Shown here piece by piece: positions 1-16,600 of a stretch of 64,000 bases of DNA. The stretch lies in the NCBI RefSeq assembly GCF_009914755.1, contig NC_060932.1; one strand, 5' to 3'. Source of the stretch: the human T2T-CHM13v2.0 reference genome, Homo sapiens. The stretch's first letter is position 1; each line of letters opens with the position of its first letter. The position numbers and the translations under genes were made by a program. The notes beneath the pieces are model-generated. The model was not told the DNA's origin and searched no databases. It saw only the letters and a list, made by a program, of their open reading frames with translations.

Positions 1-449
1 TACAGAAATGGATGGAGGGAGGCATTGGCCAAGTTGCTGGCAGGAGAGCAAAGTGGACTTATAGAAGAATGTCAGGAAGTCCAAAGTCCAGGGTGAAGTG
101 TAAGTTTCAAGCAACAGTTGAAACTACCCAAAGGGCTTATTGCTTTCTGGAGAGTAAGAACAATAAATAGATAAGTTGATCTATAAGTGCTACCATAGAT
201 ATATGCCCAAAGTAACAGCAGAATTATTTAGATCCTGCTTTGATTACATTCTTACCAGCAAGAAGGATCATCTTCAAGATGGACAGGTAGACAAGGATCA
301 TTAAGAGGAAATAGATGCCCAGGTTAGATGAGCAAACAAATTGTAAAGAAATATCTATTAGCTTTATATGAGTAAAGGCCTAGATGAATAAAATTGTAAA
401 GTGCCAGAGGATCATGCAGAGAACATCACAGTGTTACTCTGGGTGCTCT

Positions 450-1000
450 GTTTCAAAATCATAGCGGTTGAGAGACTTACGAAAGTACTGTAGTTAGGTA
501 TATGACCTGCTTTTAGGCAGGGGAAAATGGTGGAATTTCTGAAACTTGACTGCTCAGTAAAATCTGTCACACCATGTCAATGTCTTTGGAACAATGATCA
601 CATATGAGGTTTGTTAGTACTTATACAAAAAAAAAGTAGTGATACTAGGAACAAATATTGACACATGGATATTATCCATTTAATTTCCTTCTAAAATGAG
701 GCCATTGGAGTGCTAGACAGAATGCATGGTAATGGTATATTTTTATTTCAGAAGGCGTTTGTTAGACAAAATAATTGAAGAAATGTTGGATAAGATGGAA
801 AATGTGGCTTGGATGGATTTATCCTAGTAATGCTTTATCCCACACAAATGTTGTTGAAATGTTGATTAAATCAGAGTAGTTTTGATTGATGAGCTGCATT
901 TTAGTTTACCCACCCTGAAAATTTGTGTTCACCAGATTTGCAGATGTCACAAAGTTGAATATGATGGCCAGTGCAAAGACTGCTTGGCTGTTCACCACTA
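450..1000 (+). mobile_element. Very old L3/CR1 LINE fragment (RT region); boundaries approximate
   Basis: Decayed CR1 RT-like blocks in the expected order: 'ggtatatttttatttcagaaggcgtttg', 'ggataagatggaaaatgtggcttggatg' and 'agatttgcagatgtcacaaagttg' (FADD-like). Confidence 0.45.
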
Positions 1001-1292
1001 ATATTCTGTTTACCTCTGTCATACCTTTGTGCCCTTGAACCTCCTAAATGCAGCTTACTCCAGAGGGAGCTATTGGACACTAGTGTCAAAGCCGTAGGTG
1101 CTCAAGAATGCAGAAACTTGTGAACCCTCAGTGGAATGTACCACAGAAGGTGGATTGCTGGCGCTTTAGTGCTATTCACTTTTTTGACTGAGACAGTAGA
1201 GCCTTTGTTTGTTTGAATCAATCTTCGCTGAGAATTATTTCTTTATCACTCTCTCTGTCTCTCTCTTTCCCCCTCTGCCAGTCCTTCCTGAA

Positions 1293-1741
1293 GCTGATAC
1301 TGTAGATGCTCACCCAAATGTTCTTTAGTGAGCTGGTGCATCTTTCCCCTACTAGCTGGGAGTGTTGGCTGGGTAAATTCACAGCTGCTGCTTCCTCCAG
1401 AGAGTCATTCTTTGCTAAAGGAAACAACACCAAACAGAGATGCCTGGGACCTTAAGCCCCACTTCAAGGTGTGTCCTGCAGCCAATGACTGACTCATTTG
1501 TGGGTACAAAAAGCTGACCTCTGGCCTCAAGCTAGGATCATGGTGTGGTGTGATTTATGCTCTACAACTCTGCGCAGGTTCAGGCTGAAACTAGACTACA
1601 GTGGAGACTCCTTCTTTGATTAGCTCCTTCCCTTCTCTTATCCTATTCTCCCTGCTTCCTCCCTTCTTTCTCTTGAGATGCCTCCCTCAAATATCACTTG
1701 CACAAGAATCAGCTCTGCCTCTAGGGAAGTGGACCTAAGGA
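1293..1741 (+). mobile_element. LTR16-family (ERVL) solo LTR
   Basis: Contains 'cagccaatgactgact...aaaagctgacctctggcctcaag' and ends 'tcacttgcacaagaatc...ctctgcctctagggaagtggacctaagga', matching my recollection of LTR16. Confidence 0.6.
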
Positions 1742-1889
1742 TCCCCTCTTTCTCTCTTTTCCTTTTCTTTCTCTTTCTCACTTTCATCATGGCAAATAAG
1801 GTTAATCCATGGCAACACTACTCTGTAGTTCTGTCTGTAACCTAAAAGGAGAGGTCACTTAAATTAGCATTTTGCTCAGTTAGCACTAT

Positions 1890-2056
1890 TTCTGGGTTTG
1901 GTGTCAAGAAACACCTGGGAGGTTTATTAAAATGCAGATTCTTGAGCCTCATTTCAGAATTGCTGACTCTCTGGGGTAAGACCCTGGAATCTGTATTTTG
2001 TCACATCTCCCAGGTGCTGCTTTGTACAGGTACATAAGGATTTAAAAACCCTTGAG
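1890..2056. mobile_element. MER5A/B (hAT-Charlie MITE) remnant
   Basis: Internal inverted pair 'cacctgggaggtttattaaaatgcagattc' ... 'ggaatctgtattttgtcacatctcccaggtg'. Confidence 0.7.
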
Positions 2057-2140
2057 ACATGACATGATTATACTGCTGCCAAAGTTGTGAGTTTGATCCA
2101 TTGAAGGCCACTTAGCTAAGCAAGAAACTTCATATACCTG

Positions 2141-2207
2141 CACACACACACACACACACACACGCACACACACACATATAAATACATACATACATATATA
2201 CATACAC
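2141..2207. repeat. (CA)n microsatellite grading into (TACA)n
   Basis: Directly visible. Confidence 0.95.
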
Positions 2208-3780
2208 TTTTCCAGGTCACTGAATTTTACTCTAATCTTTCCAAGCTACTGAAAACATGTATTACTCAAATGGACTCACATGTATATAGTACATTGTTCA
2301 AGCTCAGTGTCATCTCAACTTTGGGGGGAAAAAGCACATCAAAGGGCCTGTGGTGCAGCCTCTTCAAATACCAGGATTCTTGCACTTAACACAGGCACTC
2401 TTTGTCTTGACATAAAGTTCCAGTTGCTATCCTGGGGGTGGGGGTAGCTCCTTGTTTTTCTGCTGGTGTTACTTTTGTGACAAAGAGACAGGGTACAACC
2501 ACTGAATACAGCACAACTATGGCAGACAGCACCTTTCTGGCAAGAAAGCAATAGATAAACAGAATTCCTGCTTTCAGGCAATAAACATCTTCAATCTAGC
2601 AACTTACACAGAGGCTAAATTAATCTAATTAATCCTATAAGATAAAGGGGTTGGAATTGGCTACTATTTCAGTTTTTTGAAGGTGAAGTTCAGATGTGGA
2701 GTTTTACCCTCTGCCTTGTAAGGCTTTCCCAGACAGTGATGGCATCTAAGAGTAAACCTGCCCTGCATTCCCCTGTGGCTCTTGGGAGGAAGGAAGAACC
2801 ACAAAAAATTTATCCTATAGGTGTTCATTCTATCTAACTAAACTGCGGTTTCTGACCACTCCTTACTTGGTACTCCTCCTTCAGGCCCATTGCAAAGCCT
2901 TGACTGCTGTACCAGGCCACATTCCACACACTCCATTCCATGCGCTCTCTTGGCTTTGGCTGTCCCATGGCTGTTGAAGAGCCCCCAAAGTTAGCTGGTT
3001 AGAGGTTGTTCTGGGGTTGCCATTTGTACATCAGCATCACACTCAGATAAGAAAATTAGATTGAGTTAGGCATCAGTGAATTCTCACAGACAATGTACAA
3101 TACAAGAAACGTAATATCCTACAAAGAAATGGTGGCTCTGGAGAGCTAAAATTCGCTCTCAGAGGGGAAAAATTGCATGCATCTGGGCTCTCCAACCTCC
3201 AAAATTCACAGATCAGAAGAGTGTGGAATTGTCAATATGAGAGGCTGATGCAGGCCAGGAATAATTTCCAGAGCTCTGCTTCTAGCTCCCTGATACCTCT
3301 CCACCTGGATGAGCCATCTGAGCTCAGCACGGTGATTCTGCCATCTGTCACATCCCTCTGGGTAGCAGCCGCATTTTTGCACAAGTTTCTTACTGAAGAG
3401 AAGTGTTGGCAGCTCTGGGGACCTTCTGACCCACCTGAGGAGACTTTGTGGACACCTATAGAAGAAAGCATTATAAGAATAGGAAGAAAAGAAGAAAAAT
3501 AAATGAAAAGATGTTCTCTCTGTCTTCCCTTTAGTCACACCCCTTGCATTCCTGACTTACTTTTAGGAGGCAAAGAAGAAAAAATGAAAATCACTAAGGT
3601 AACAAGAGCACAAATATTAGGCCATGCACTATAGTTTTACAAATTGCCATTTCCCCCCTCAAGAAAATATTTAAACTAGATGTTCAAACAGATGCAATTC
3701 TAAGAAAGAATAGGTAGCTACATAAATGTATGATTATGAGATAATATAGATAACATCTAATACTGATTAAGGAGAAAAAT

Positions 3781-3980
3781 TGCATGTGTACACTCATGCA
3801 AATATACATATGTCTGGTTACATGCACTGTGTGAATATAGGTGTTTTGCAGGTGTGTGCATACACAAATATGTGTGTATGCATGCACCTACATGTATGCA
3901 TGTCAGTGGTTTGTAGGTGTGCACACGTGTGTAGCTGCAGGTATGTGTGTGCATTGTGTGTGTATATGTAGGCTCATATG
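3781..3980. repeat. Degenerate (TG/TA/CA)n purine-pyrimidine low-complexity tract
   Basis: About 200 bp of decayed TG-rich alternation; accounts for the overlapping C/V/H/T-rich ORFs in the track. Confidence 0.8.
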
Positions 3981-4309
3981 TGTTAAAACGAAACATAGGC
4001 TTTCAATAGGAGAGAACACTTAGACATCCATGATACAGAATTCTTTATGACCATATCTGTAATGGAAAGTATGAATATTTTATTAGTTTTTTATTTTTAT
4101 TTTTTAATTATACTTTAAGTTCTAGGGTACATGTGCACAATGTGCAGGTTTGTTCATATGTATACACGTGCCATGTCGGTGTGCTGCACCCATTAACTCG
4201 TCATTTACATTAGGTATATCTCCCAATACTTTCCCTCCCCACTTCCCCAACCTCACAACAGGCCCCGGTGTGTGATGTTCCCCTTCCTGTGTACAAGTGT
4301 TCTCATTGT

Positions 4310-8227
<3,918 letters not shown>

Positions 8228-8263
8228 TTAGCTGATGCAGTTTCTTCCTAGCCTTGATGGTCT

Positions 8264-9278
8264 TTACAATTTGTCATGTTTTTGCAGTGGCTGGTACCAG
8301 TTGTTCCTTTCCATGTTTAGTGCTTCCTTCAGGAGCTCTTGTAGGGCAAGCCTGGTGGTGACGACATCTCTCAGCATTTCCTTTCTTTAAGGTATTTCAT
8401 TTCTCCTTCGCTTATGAAGCTTAGTTTGGCTGGATATGAAATTCTGGGTTGAAAATTCTTTTCTTTAAGAATGTTGAATATTGGCCCCCACTCTCTTCTG
8501 GCTTGTAGAGTTTCTGCTGAGAGATCCACTGTTAGTCTGATGGGTTTCCCTTTTTGGGTAACCCAACCTTTCTCTCTGGCTGCCCTTAACATTTTTTCCT
8601 TCATTTCAACTTTGGTGAATCTGACAATTATGTGTCTTGGAGTTGCTCTTCTCGAGGAGTATCTTTGTGGCAGTCTGTGTATTTCCTGAATTTGAGTGTT
8701 GGCCTGTCTTGCTAGGTTGGGGAAGTTCTCCTGCATAATATCCTGCAGAGTGTTTTCCAACTTGGTTTCATTCTCCCTGTCACTTTCAGGTACACCAATC
8801 AGACGTAGATTTGGTCTTTTCACATAGTCCCCTATTTCTTGGAGGCTTTAATTCATTTCTTTTCACTCTTTTTTCTCTAAACTTCCCTTGTCGCTTCATT
8901 TCATTCATTTGATCTTCAATCACTGACACCCTTCCTTCCAGTTGATCAAATCGGCTACTGAAGCTTGTGCATTCATCACATAGTTCTCGTGCCTTGGTTT
9001 TCAGCTCCATCAGGTCATTTAAGGACTTCTCTACACTGGTTATTCTAGTTAGCCATTCGTCTAATCTTTTTTCAAGGTTTTTAACTTGTTTGCCATTGGT
9101 TCAAACTTCCTCCTTTAGCTCAGAGAAGTTTGATCGTCTGAAGCTTTCTTCTCTCAACTCGTCAAAGTCATTCCCGTCCAGCTTTGTTCTGTTGCTGGCG
9201 AGGAGCTGCGTTCCTTTGGAGGAGGAGAGGTGCTTGATTTTTAGAATTTTCAGCTTTTGTGCTCTGTTTTTTCCCCAT
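8264..9278 (-). pseudogene. L1 ORF1p (RNA-binding chaperone), disrupted
   Basis: ATG at 9278. Fragments such as 'KRPNLRLIGVPE...RHIIVRFTKVEMKEKMLRAAREKG...' lie in different frames. Stop at 8264-8266. Confidence 0.95.
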
Positions 9279-10304
9279 CTTTGTGGTTTTATCTACCTTT
9301 GGTCTTTGATGATGGTGACCAATAGATGGGGTTTTGGTGTGGATGTCCTTTCTGTTTGTTAGTTTTCCTTCTAACAGTCAGGACCCTCAGCTGCAGGTCT
9401 GTTGGAGTTTGCTGGAGGTCCACTCCAGACGCTGTTTGCCTGGGTGTCAGCAGCGGAGGCTGCAGAATAGCGAATATTGCTGAACAGCAAATATTGCTGC
9501 CTGATCATTCCTCTGGAAGTTTCGTCTCAGAGGGGTACCTGGCTGTGTGAGGTGTCAGTCTGCCCCTACTGGGGGGTGCCTCCCAGTTAGGCTACTCGGA
9601 GGTCAGTGACCCACTTGAGGAGGCAGTCTGTCCGTTCTCAGATCTCAAACTCCATGCTGGGAGAAACACTACTCTCTTCAAAGCTGTCAGACAGGGACAT
9701 TTAAGTCTGCAGAGGTTTCTGCTGCCTTTTGTTTGGCTATGCCCTGCCCCCAGAGGTGGAGTCTACAGAGGCAGGCAGGCCTCCTTGAGCTGTGGTGGGC
9801 TCCACCCAGTTCGAGCTTCCTGGCCGCTTTGTTTACCTACTCAAGCCTCAGCAATGGTGGGTGCCCCTCCCCCAGGCTTGCTGCCACCTTGCAGTTCCAT
9901 CTCAGACTGCTGTGCAAGCAATGAGTGAGGCTCTGTGGGCATGGGACCCTCCAAGCCATGCGCGGGATATAATCTCCTGGTGTGCCATTTGCTAAGACCA
10001 TTGGAAAAGCACAGTATTAGCGTGGGAGTGACCCGATTTTCCAGGTCTCATCTGTCGCCCCTTCCCTTGGCTAGGAAAGGGAATTCCCTGACCCCTTGTA
10101 CTTCCCGGGTGAGGTGATGCCTCGCCCTGCTTCGGCTCACGCTCGGTGGGCTACACCCACTGTCCTGCCCCCACTGTCCAGTGAGCCCCAGTGAGATGAA
10201 CCTGATACCTCAGTTGGAAATGCAGAAATCGCCCATCTTCTGTGTCGCTCATGCTGGGAGCTGTAGACTAGAGCTGTTCCTATTCGGCCATCTTGTAACC
10301 GCCC
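9279..10304. promoter_or_regulatory. L1 5'UTR internal sense promoter (minus) and antisense promoter (plus)
   Basis: Complete 5'UTR with an intact YY1 site. Bidirectional promoter activity is established for L1PA 5'UTRs; activity of this copy is unknown. Confidence 0.7.
9854..10117 (+). pseudogene. L1 antisense ORF0 homolog with a premature stop
   Basis: Translates as MVGAPPPGLLPPCSSISDCCASNE*GSVGMGPSKP...SISVGVTRFSR, colinear with L1HS ORF0 as I recall it (MAGAPPPASLPPCSLISDCCASNQRDSVGVGPSEP...). TGA at 9926-9928. Confidence 0.85.
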
Positions 10305-10529
10305 ATTTTATTAGTTTTAAATGAGATATGTCTCATTTCTGATCTGACTTGTCTCAGAAGCTCTCTGTTATTGAGAGTTCAAACTTTGTGCTTGACATTC
10401 ATGGTTCCAAATTATCTTTCCAGTCAATCTCCTTCCCTTCCACATGTATACTCCGAAGAACAGGGATTATTTACTCTCCATGAATACACCACGTTTCTAT
10501 GACTTTGCTTATTTTCTATTCCTTTCTTG

Positions 10530-10855
10530 GATCAGTTTTTTTTATTAGTGTAATGCTAGTGTCTTTAACAAATAAATCCCCAAATGTCAGTGACTTAACA
10601 GAATAGAAGTCTATATATATTTTCTTATGCAGCACTCATATAGGTATCCTGGTCTGCAGAAGAAGGAGAAGGTGGGGAAGGTGCATCTGCATCTTTACTG
10701 CCTTGATGAAGGAGAGGCCTACGTCACTTCCACTCAGATTCCACTGAGAGCCAGTCACATGGCACAGGGGCCAGGAATGTCATACTGGATAGTAGCTTCT
10801 CCCAAGTGACAGCTCTACTATGGAAGTAAGAACACACATATTGGTGAACATCTTT
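10530..10855 (-). mobile_element. Old MLT1 (ERVL-MaLR) LTR fragment
   Basis: 'taacaaataaatccccaaatgtcagtgacttaaca' and 'tcacttccactcagattccactgagagccagtcacatggc' are typical of reverse-oriented old MLT1. Confidence 0.6.
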
Positions 10856-11021
10856 CTAAAATAATGACCATCTGTCTAAAATTTCCAGTGATCTCAAATT
10901 CAAATTAATTGTTTCCCCTTCTCTGACCCCAAAGCACTTTATTTACACCTCTCCTATAATAAGCATTATGTTATTGTTGTTATCATTATGACTGTCATTT
11001 GTTTTGGAGTATAGCACAAGA

Positions 11022-11270
11022 TGCAGAGTAATGGTCAAGAGGACGTAGGCTTTGAATCAGGCAGACTGGGTTTGGATTCTGGCTCCATGGTTTGGTAATG
11101 GACCCTCTTTCAAAGGCTCTGGATTGTTCTTATGAGGGTAGTTGTATCTGCATAATGCAGATAATGGTAATATCTCCTAGGATTGTTGTAACAATTAAAT
11201 AAAATCAGGCATTTAAAATACTTAACAAAATATCTGGCACATAGTAAGGGGTTAACAGATAGTAACTATC
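11022..11270 (+). mobile_element. MIR SINE
   Basis: 'ggctttgaatcaggcagactgggtttggattctggctc' ... 'ggattgttgtaacaattaaat' ... 'tctggcacatagtaag'. Confidence 0.75.
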
Positions 11271-12649
11271 TGTTAGCTCTGTCTCCTCAGTAAATTACAA
11301 ATTTATTGAAAGTAGAAGAATCTTTATAGATTCGCATCATCCAATACAGTGCCTGGGACATAAAAAGGGTCCAATAATGTTGAAGTAAATTATAAGAGCT
11401 GGTCTGGTTTTTGCATTAGAAGTGTAAATGGGATCAAGACAAATTTACTTTCTCTATTTTATTTTCTCTAAACAGAACGAGTAGCCATCTGTTTTAATTG
11501 GTCTGTCACTTATCTATAAAGCTGAAAAGCATAGGGAGAAATGGCATTATTCATGCCTCTGTCGTGAAGCAACTTGATGTCTGGTCCATGGATCTCCCTG
11601 GAGATGAAGTTCTTCAAGATTCTCTGGCTGCCCATTCCAATTCCTTATCCTTCCATGCTGAGAAATTCTTCCTTAGGTAAGGGCCACATTTCTCCTGTAT
11701 GACTTAAGACTATTTCCTACTTGAAAACCTTTGATCAAAAGCAAAGATTATATCCGGCTTCAATTTCCCCTATTTAGATAAAACATCTTTATTTTCTTTA
11801 CATGGTATATATGTTTTAAATTTAACTATTTTAATTTGTACTACCAGAACTCACTTTCCTTTGCAGAAATGATATCTCAAACTGGACATATACTTTAATT
11901 AATGTCTGTTTCATATTCTTGGTAGAAAAAGCCATCTCCCATTGTTGACCATCATAGTTTCTTTAATGAAGAGAAACTCACTCCAAAGATGGTATGGTTG
12001 TTTCAACTCAGAGCAGAGGCATAGGGTGGCTGACTGTAAGTTCCCTAGGCTGTAAGTTAGGAGACATTGTGTTTCTTTTCATTTGACAATGTAGCCAAGT
12101 ACCAAACATAACCTGGCACATAGCAGATGATGTATATGTATCATAGGGGTTCAAAAATAAATAATTTAATTAATAATGAGTCAACTAACTTAATTGGTTA
12201 GTGGAAGGAGGTGATCATTGGTCCCCATATAAGAGGAAACTCATACTTCTTTATTCCCCCTATTTTACTAAGCAACTTGAAAATATCCCCCCTGCATTGT
12301 TGCTGGAACAAACAATCATCACTTATGTTTAAATTTCTATAGCTAACTTTATGTACTTTTGGCAGTTCTAAAACTTTTTTGAGCATTCCAATCCTCTTTG
12401 TCTTCTAGGGTCTTAGGGACAGAATGAAGCATGAGTAGCTTGTGCTTCCTCACCTCCCTCCCCCTCCCACTTTCCCCACTCACACAATCTACATTTATTC
12501 ATCATCAACAAGGAATCTAACAGGCGCTTAAGATCATGGGGATGGCAACAGTTCATGAAACACCCCAGAGAATGACAAGTTTATTAAACTAATGCCCCAA
12601 CTGTACTTCCAGATTGATATGGCCTAGGGAGAAAGCTTTCATAGTAAAC

Positions 12650-12820
12650 CTTCACAGGGATTTCTAGTTTACAGAATGCTTGGATGTACATTATCTCTTT
12701 TGATTTTCACACTAAACTATTTGGTGACTGAAGCTCAGAGGAATTAATCAACTTGTCCAGGATCACATAGTCAGAAAATCATGAAGACTGGCCTTATAGC
12801 CAGCATTTCTGATTCCAAAT
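12650..12820 (-). mobile_element. MIR fragment
   Basis: 'actgaagctcagaggaattaatcaacttgtccaggatcacatag'. Confidence 0.6.
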
Positions 12821-12949
12821 TACAGCTGTTACAGAATCTACTTTTGTTACTTATAATGACCACATTTCTGCTGGAAGCTAAATTAGTATTCTACCCTCAC
12901 ATATTTTCTGCATGTGTGAAATTCACCCAAAGGAGTTGATTTTCTATCA

Positions 12950-13100
12950 GCATTCATTCATTGATTCCCCCTTTCAACAACCATTTATTAAGCACTTTAT
13001 ACATTCTAGGCAGTGTACTAAATGGTAAGACACAACACTAAATAGCATAGTCATGATCCTTGCCCTCTCAGGGCTTATAATCCAATGGGAAGTGAGGAGT
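12950..13100 (-). mobile_element. L2 3' end
   Basis: 'cattcattca...caaccatttattaagcact...ggcagtgtacta...gatccttgccctc'. Confidence 0.65.
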
Positions 13101-13699
13101 GGGATATAGAACATGCAGAATTCAGATTCTGCTCATGTACTACAGAAAGAGCAGCAGCAATTCCACTTAAACTCTTTGCAAATATTAATAGGTCATGACC
13201 TAAATGGGCTTTGCCTACCATCTTGGGCCCAGGCCCTAGAAACTGTGGCACTGTCATTTCAACTGCTAAATAATTTGCTCCCAAGCCTTTGTGTAATGGG
13301 AAGAGTATGAGTGTGTATGTGTTTACTATATTAGACCGAAATGTTTTAAAGAATACACATGCTGTTAGATTCTGATGTAAGTGTTAAGATAGGAAATGTG
13401 TCAAGAGCTCTAGTGGCATATAGCTATAGCTAGTGTGCATTCATGGCTTACTGCATGTAAGATTGTATTCAAAGAGATTTGTATTTGTATTATTTAATCT
13501 TCAGAACAGTCATGTGATATAAAAATGATTGTTACCTACATGTTTCTAACAGGGATTCAAAGAACAGAGAGGCCAAGAAAATTCCCTAAGGAACTTTGGC
13601 ACCAGGGTATATATCCTAACTACTGCATTACAGGAGAAATGATTAAATTGAACCTGAGAGTTTGGGAAATTCTCTGAGAAAGTGCCATATAAATGTTGC

Positions 13700-13845
13700 A
13701 TCAGTTTTCTTATCTATAAAATATGGGCAAAAGGCTCTCTACACCAAAGGATTGCTCAAAACAATAAATGAGGTGATATATGTAAAGTCATAATGATACA
13801 CCTGTCATTGTAAGCACTCAATAAATTTAGCCATTATTAGTATTC
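13700..13845 (+). mobile_element. MIR fragment
   Basis: 'tcagttttcttatctataaaat' ... 'gtaagcactcaataaatttagccattatt'. Confidence 0.6.
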
Positions 13846-14519
13846 TTATCATAATTATTAACAGAGACAAAGATGTTGATAATGAGTTAAAGGAAATGAA
13901 GTGAGGTGGTAAAGGGTGCTCTGAAAGAGGGAAGGACATTGGTGAAGGCTCAGAGGTGAAGGAGAACATGGTAAGATCACATTCAGATATCTGGAATATT
14001 GCTTATGACACTTTTGTAGTCTGGCATTTTTTTCCTGGGCCATATAAATTGTCTTTGCCATTGGGTGGTGTGCTGCTTGATGGCAAAAACCAGGAAAAGT
14101 TTTCAGTTTAGAAGTGAGGGTGGGTTGATATGTTTACTTTCTACCTATGTGAGTGATGATGGTAATGATGATGCTAACAGACTTCATAGTTGATGTAGCA
14201 TATCTAGAAACATTTCCTCATCTCCATCTCCATCAATTGTTATGAATAGCAATATCAATTAGAGCTGCATAAAATGATTTGACTACAACTGAACTTTTCT
14301 TAGAAATAATGCTGGTCCACCTTTACCATGATGGGGATGCTCTTGACTCTGAACCTGAACCATGAGGGTGAAGCTCTTGACCCTTCGTAGTTATTACTTT
14401 GTTACAGGGCAGACTTCTTTAAAAGATAGCACAGATTTCCAGGTTAAAATGGTTGATTGACCACATGTTTATTTCCTCTTTCTCTACACATCAAATGGAA
14501 AGATAGGCATAAACACACA

Positions 14520-14836
14520 AGAGATGATGGATGGCTTGATGCTGTTCTTGAGGTACTGAGTTCCCTCTCTGATGAGGACTGGATTAGTTTTTGTTGGAAT
14601 AGAGTGGATCATTATACAGACGGGGCACCCTTCTGGTTTTGCCTCTTTGCATGCGTCCAGTTTCCCCAGACCTTCTCCACCGTGATTTGACACAGCTTGA
14701 AAGCTCTTGCTGGAAGCCAAGGTCATGCCCTTGAACTCTCAAGCTTGCAGAACTGTGAGATAAGATAAACCTATTTTCTTTATAAATCACCGAGTCTCAG
14801 GCATTCTGTTGTAGCAATACAAAATAGACTAAGACA
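14520..14836 (+). mobile_element. MST-family (MaLR) LTR, 3' portion
   Basis: Ends 'cagaactgtgagataagataaacctattttctttataaatcacc...gtctcaggcattctgttgtagcaatacaaaatagactaagaca'. Confidence 0.8.
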
Positions 14837-14859
14837 ATACCCTTTATATTCCCTATTCC

Positions 14860-16600
<1,741 letters not shown>

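Noticed and set aside
3684-4023. Four overlapping Cys/His/Val-rich ORFs
   Set aside because: They are translations of a degenerate (TG)n tract, not metal-binding proteins.
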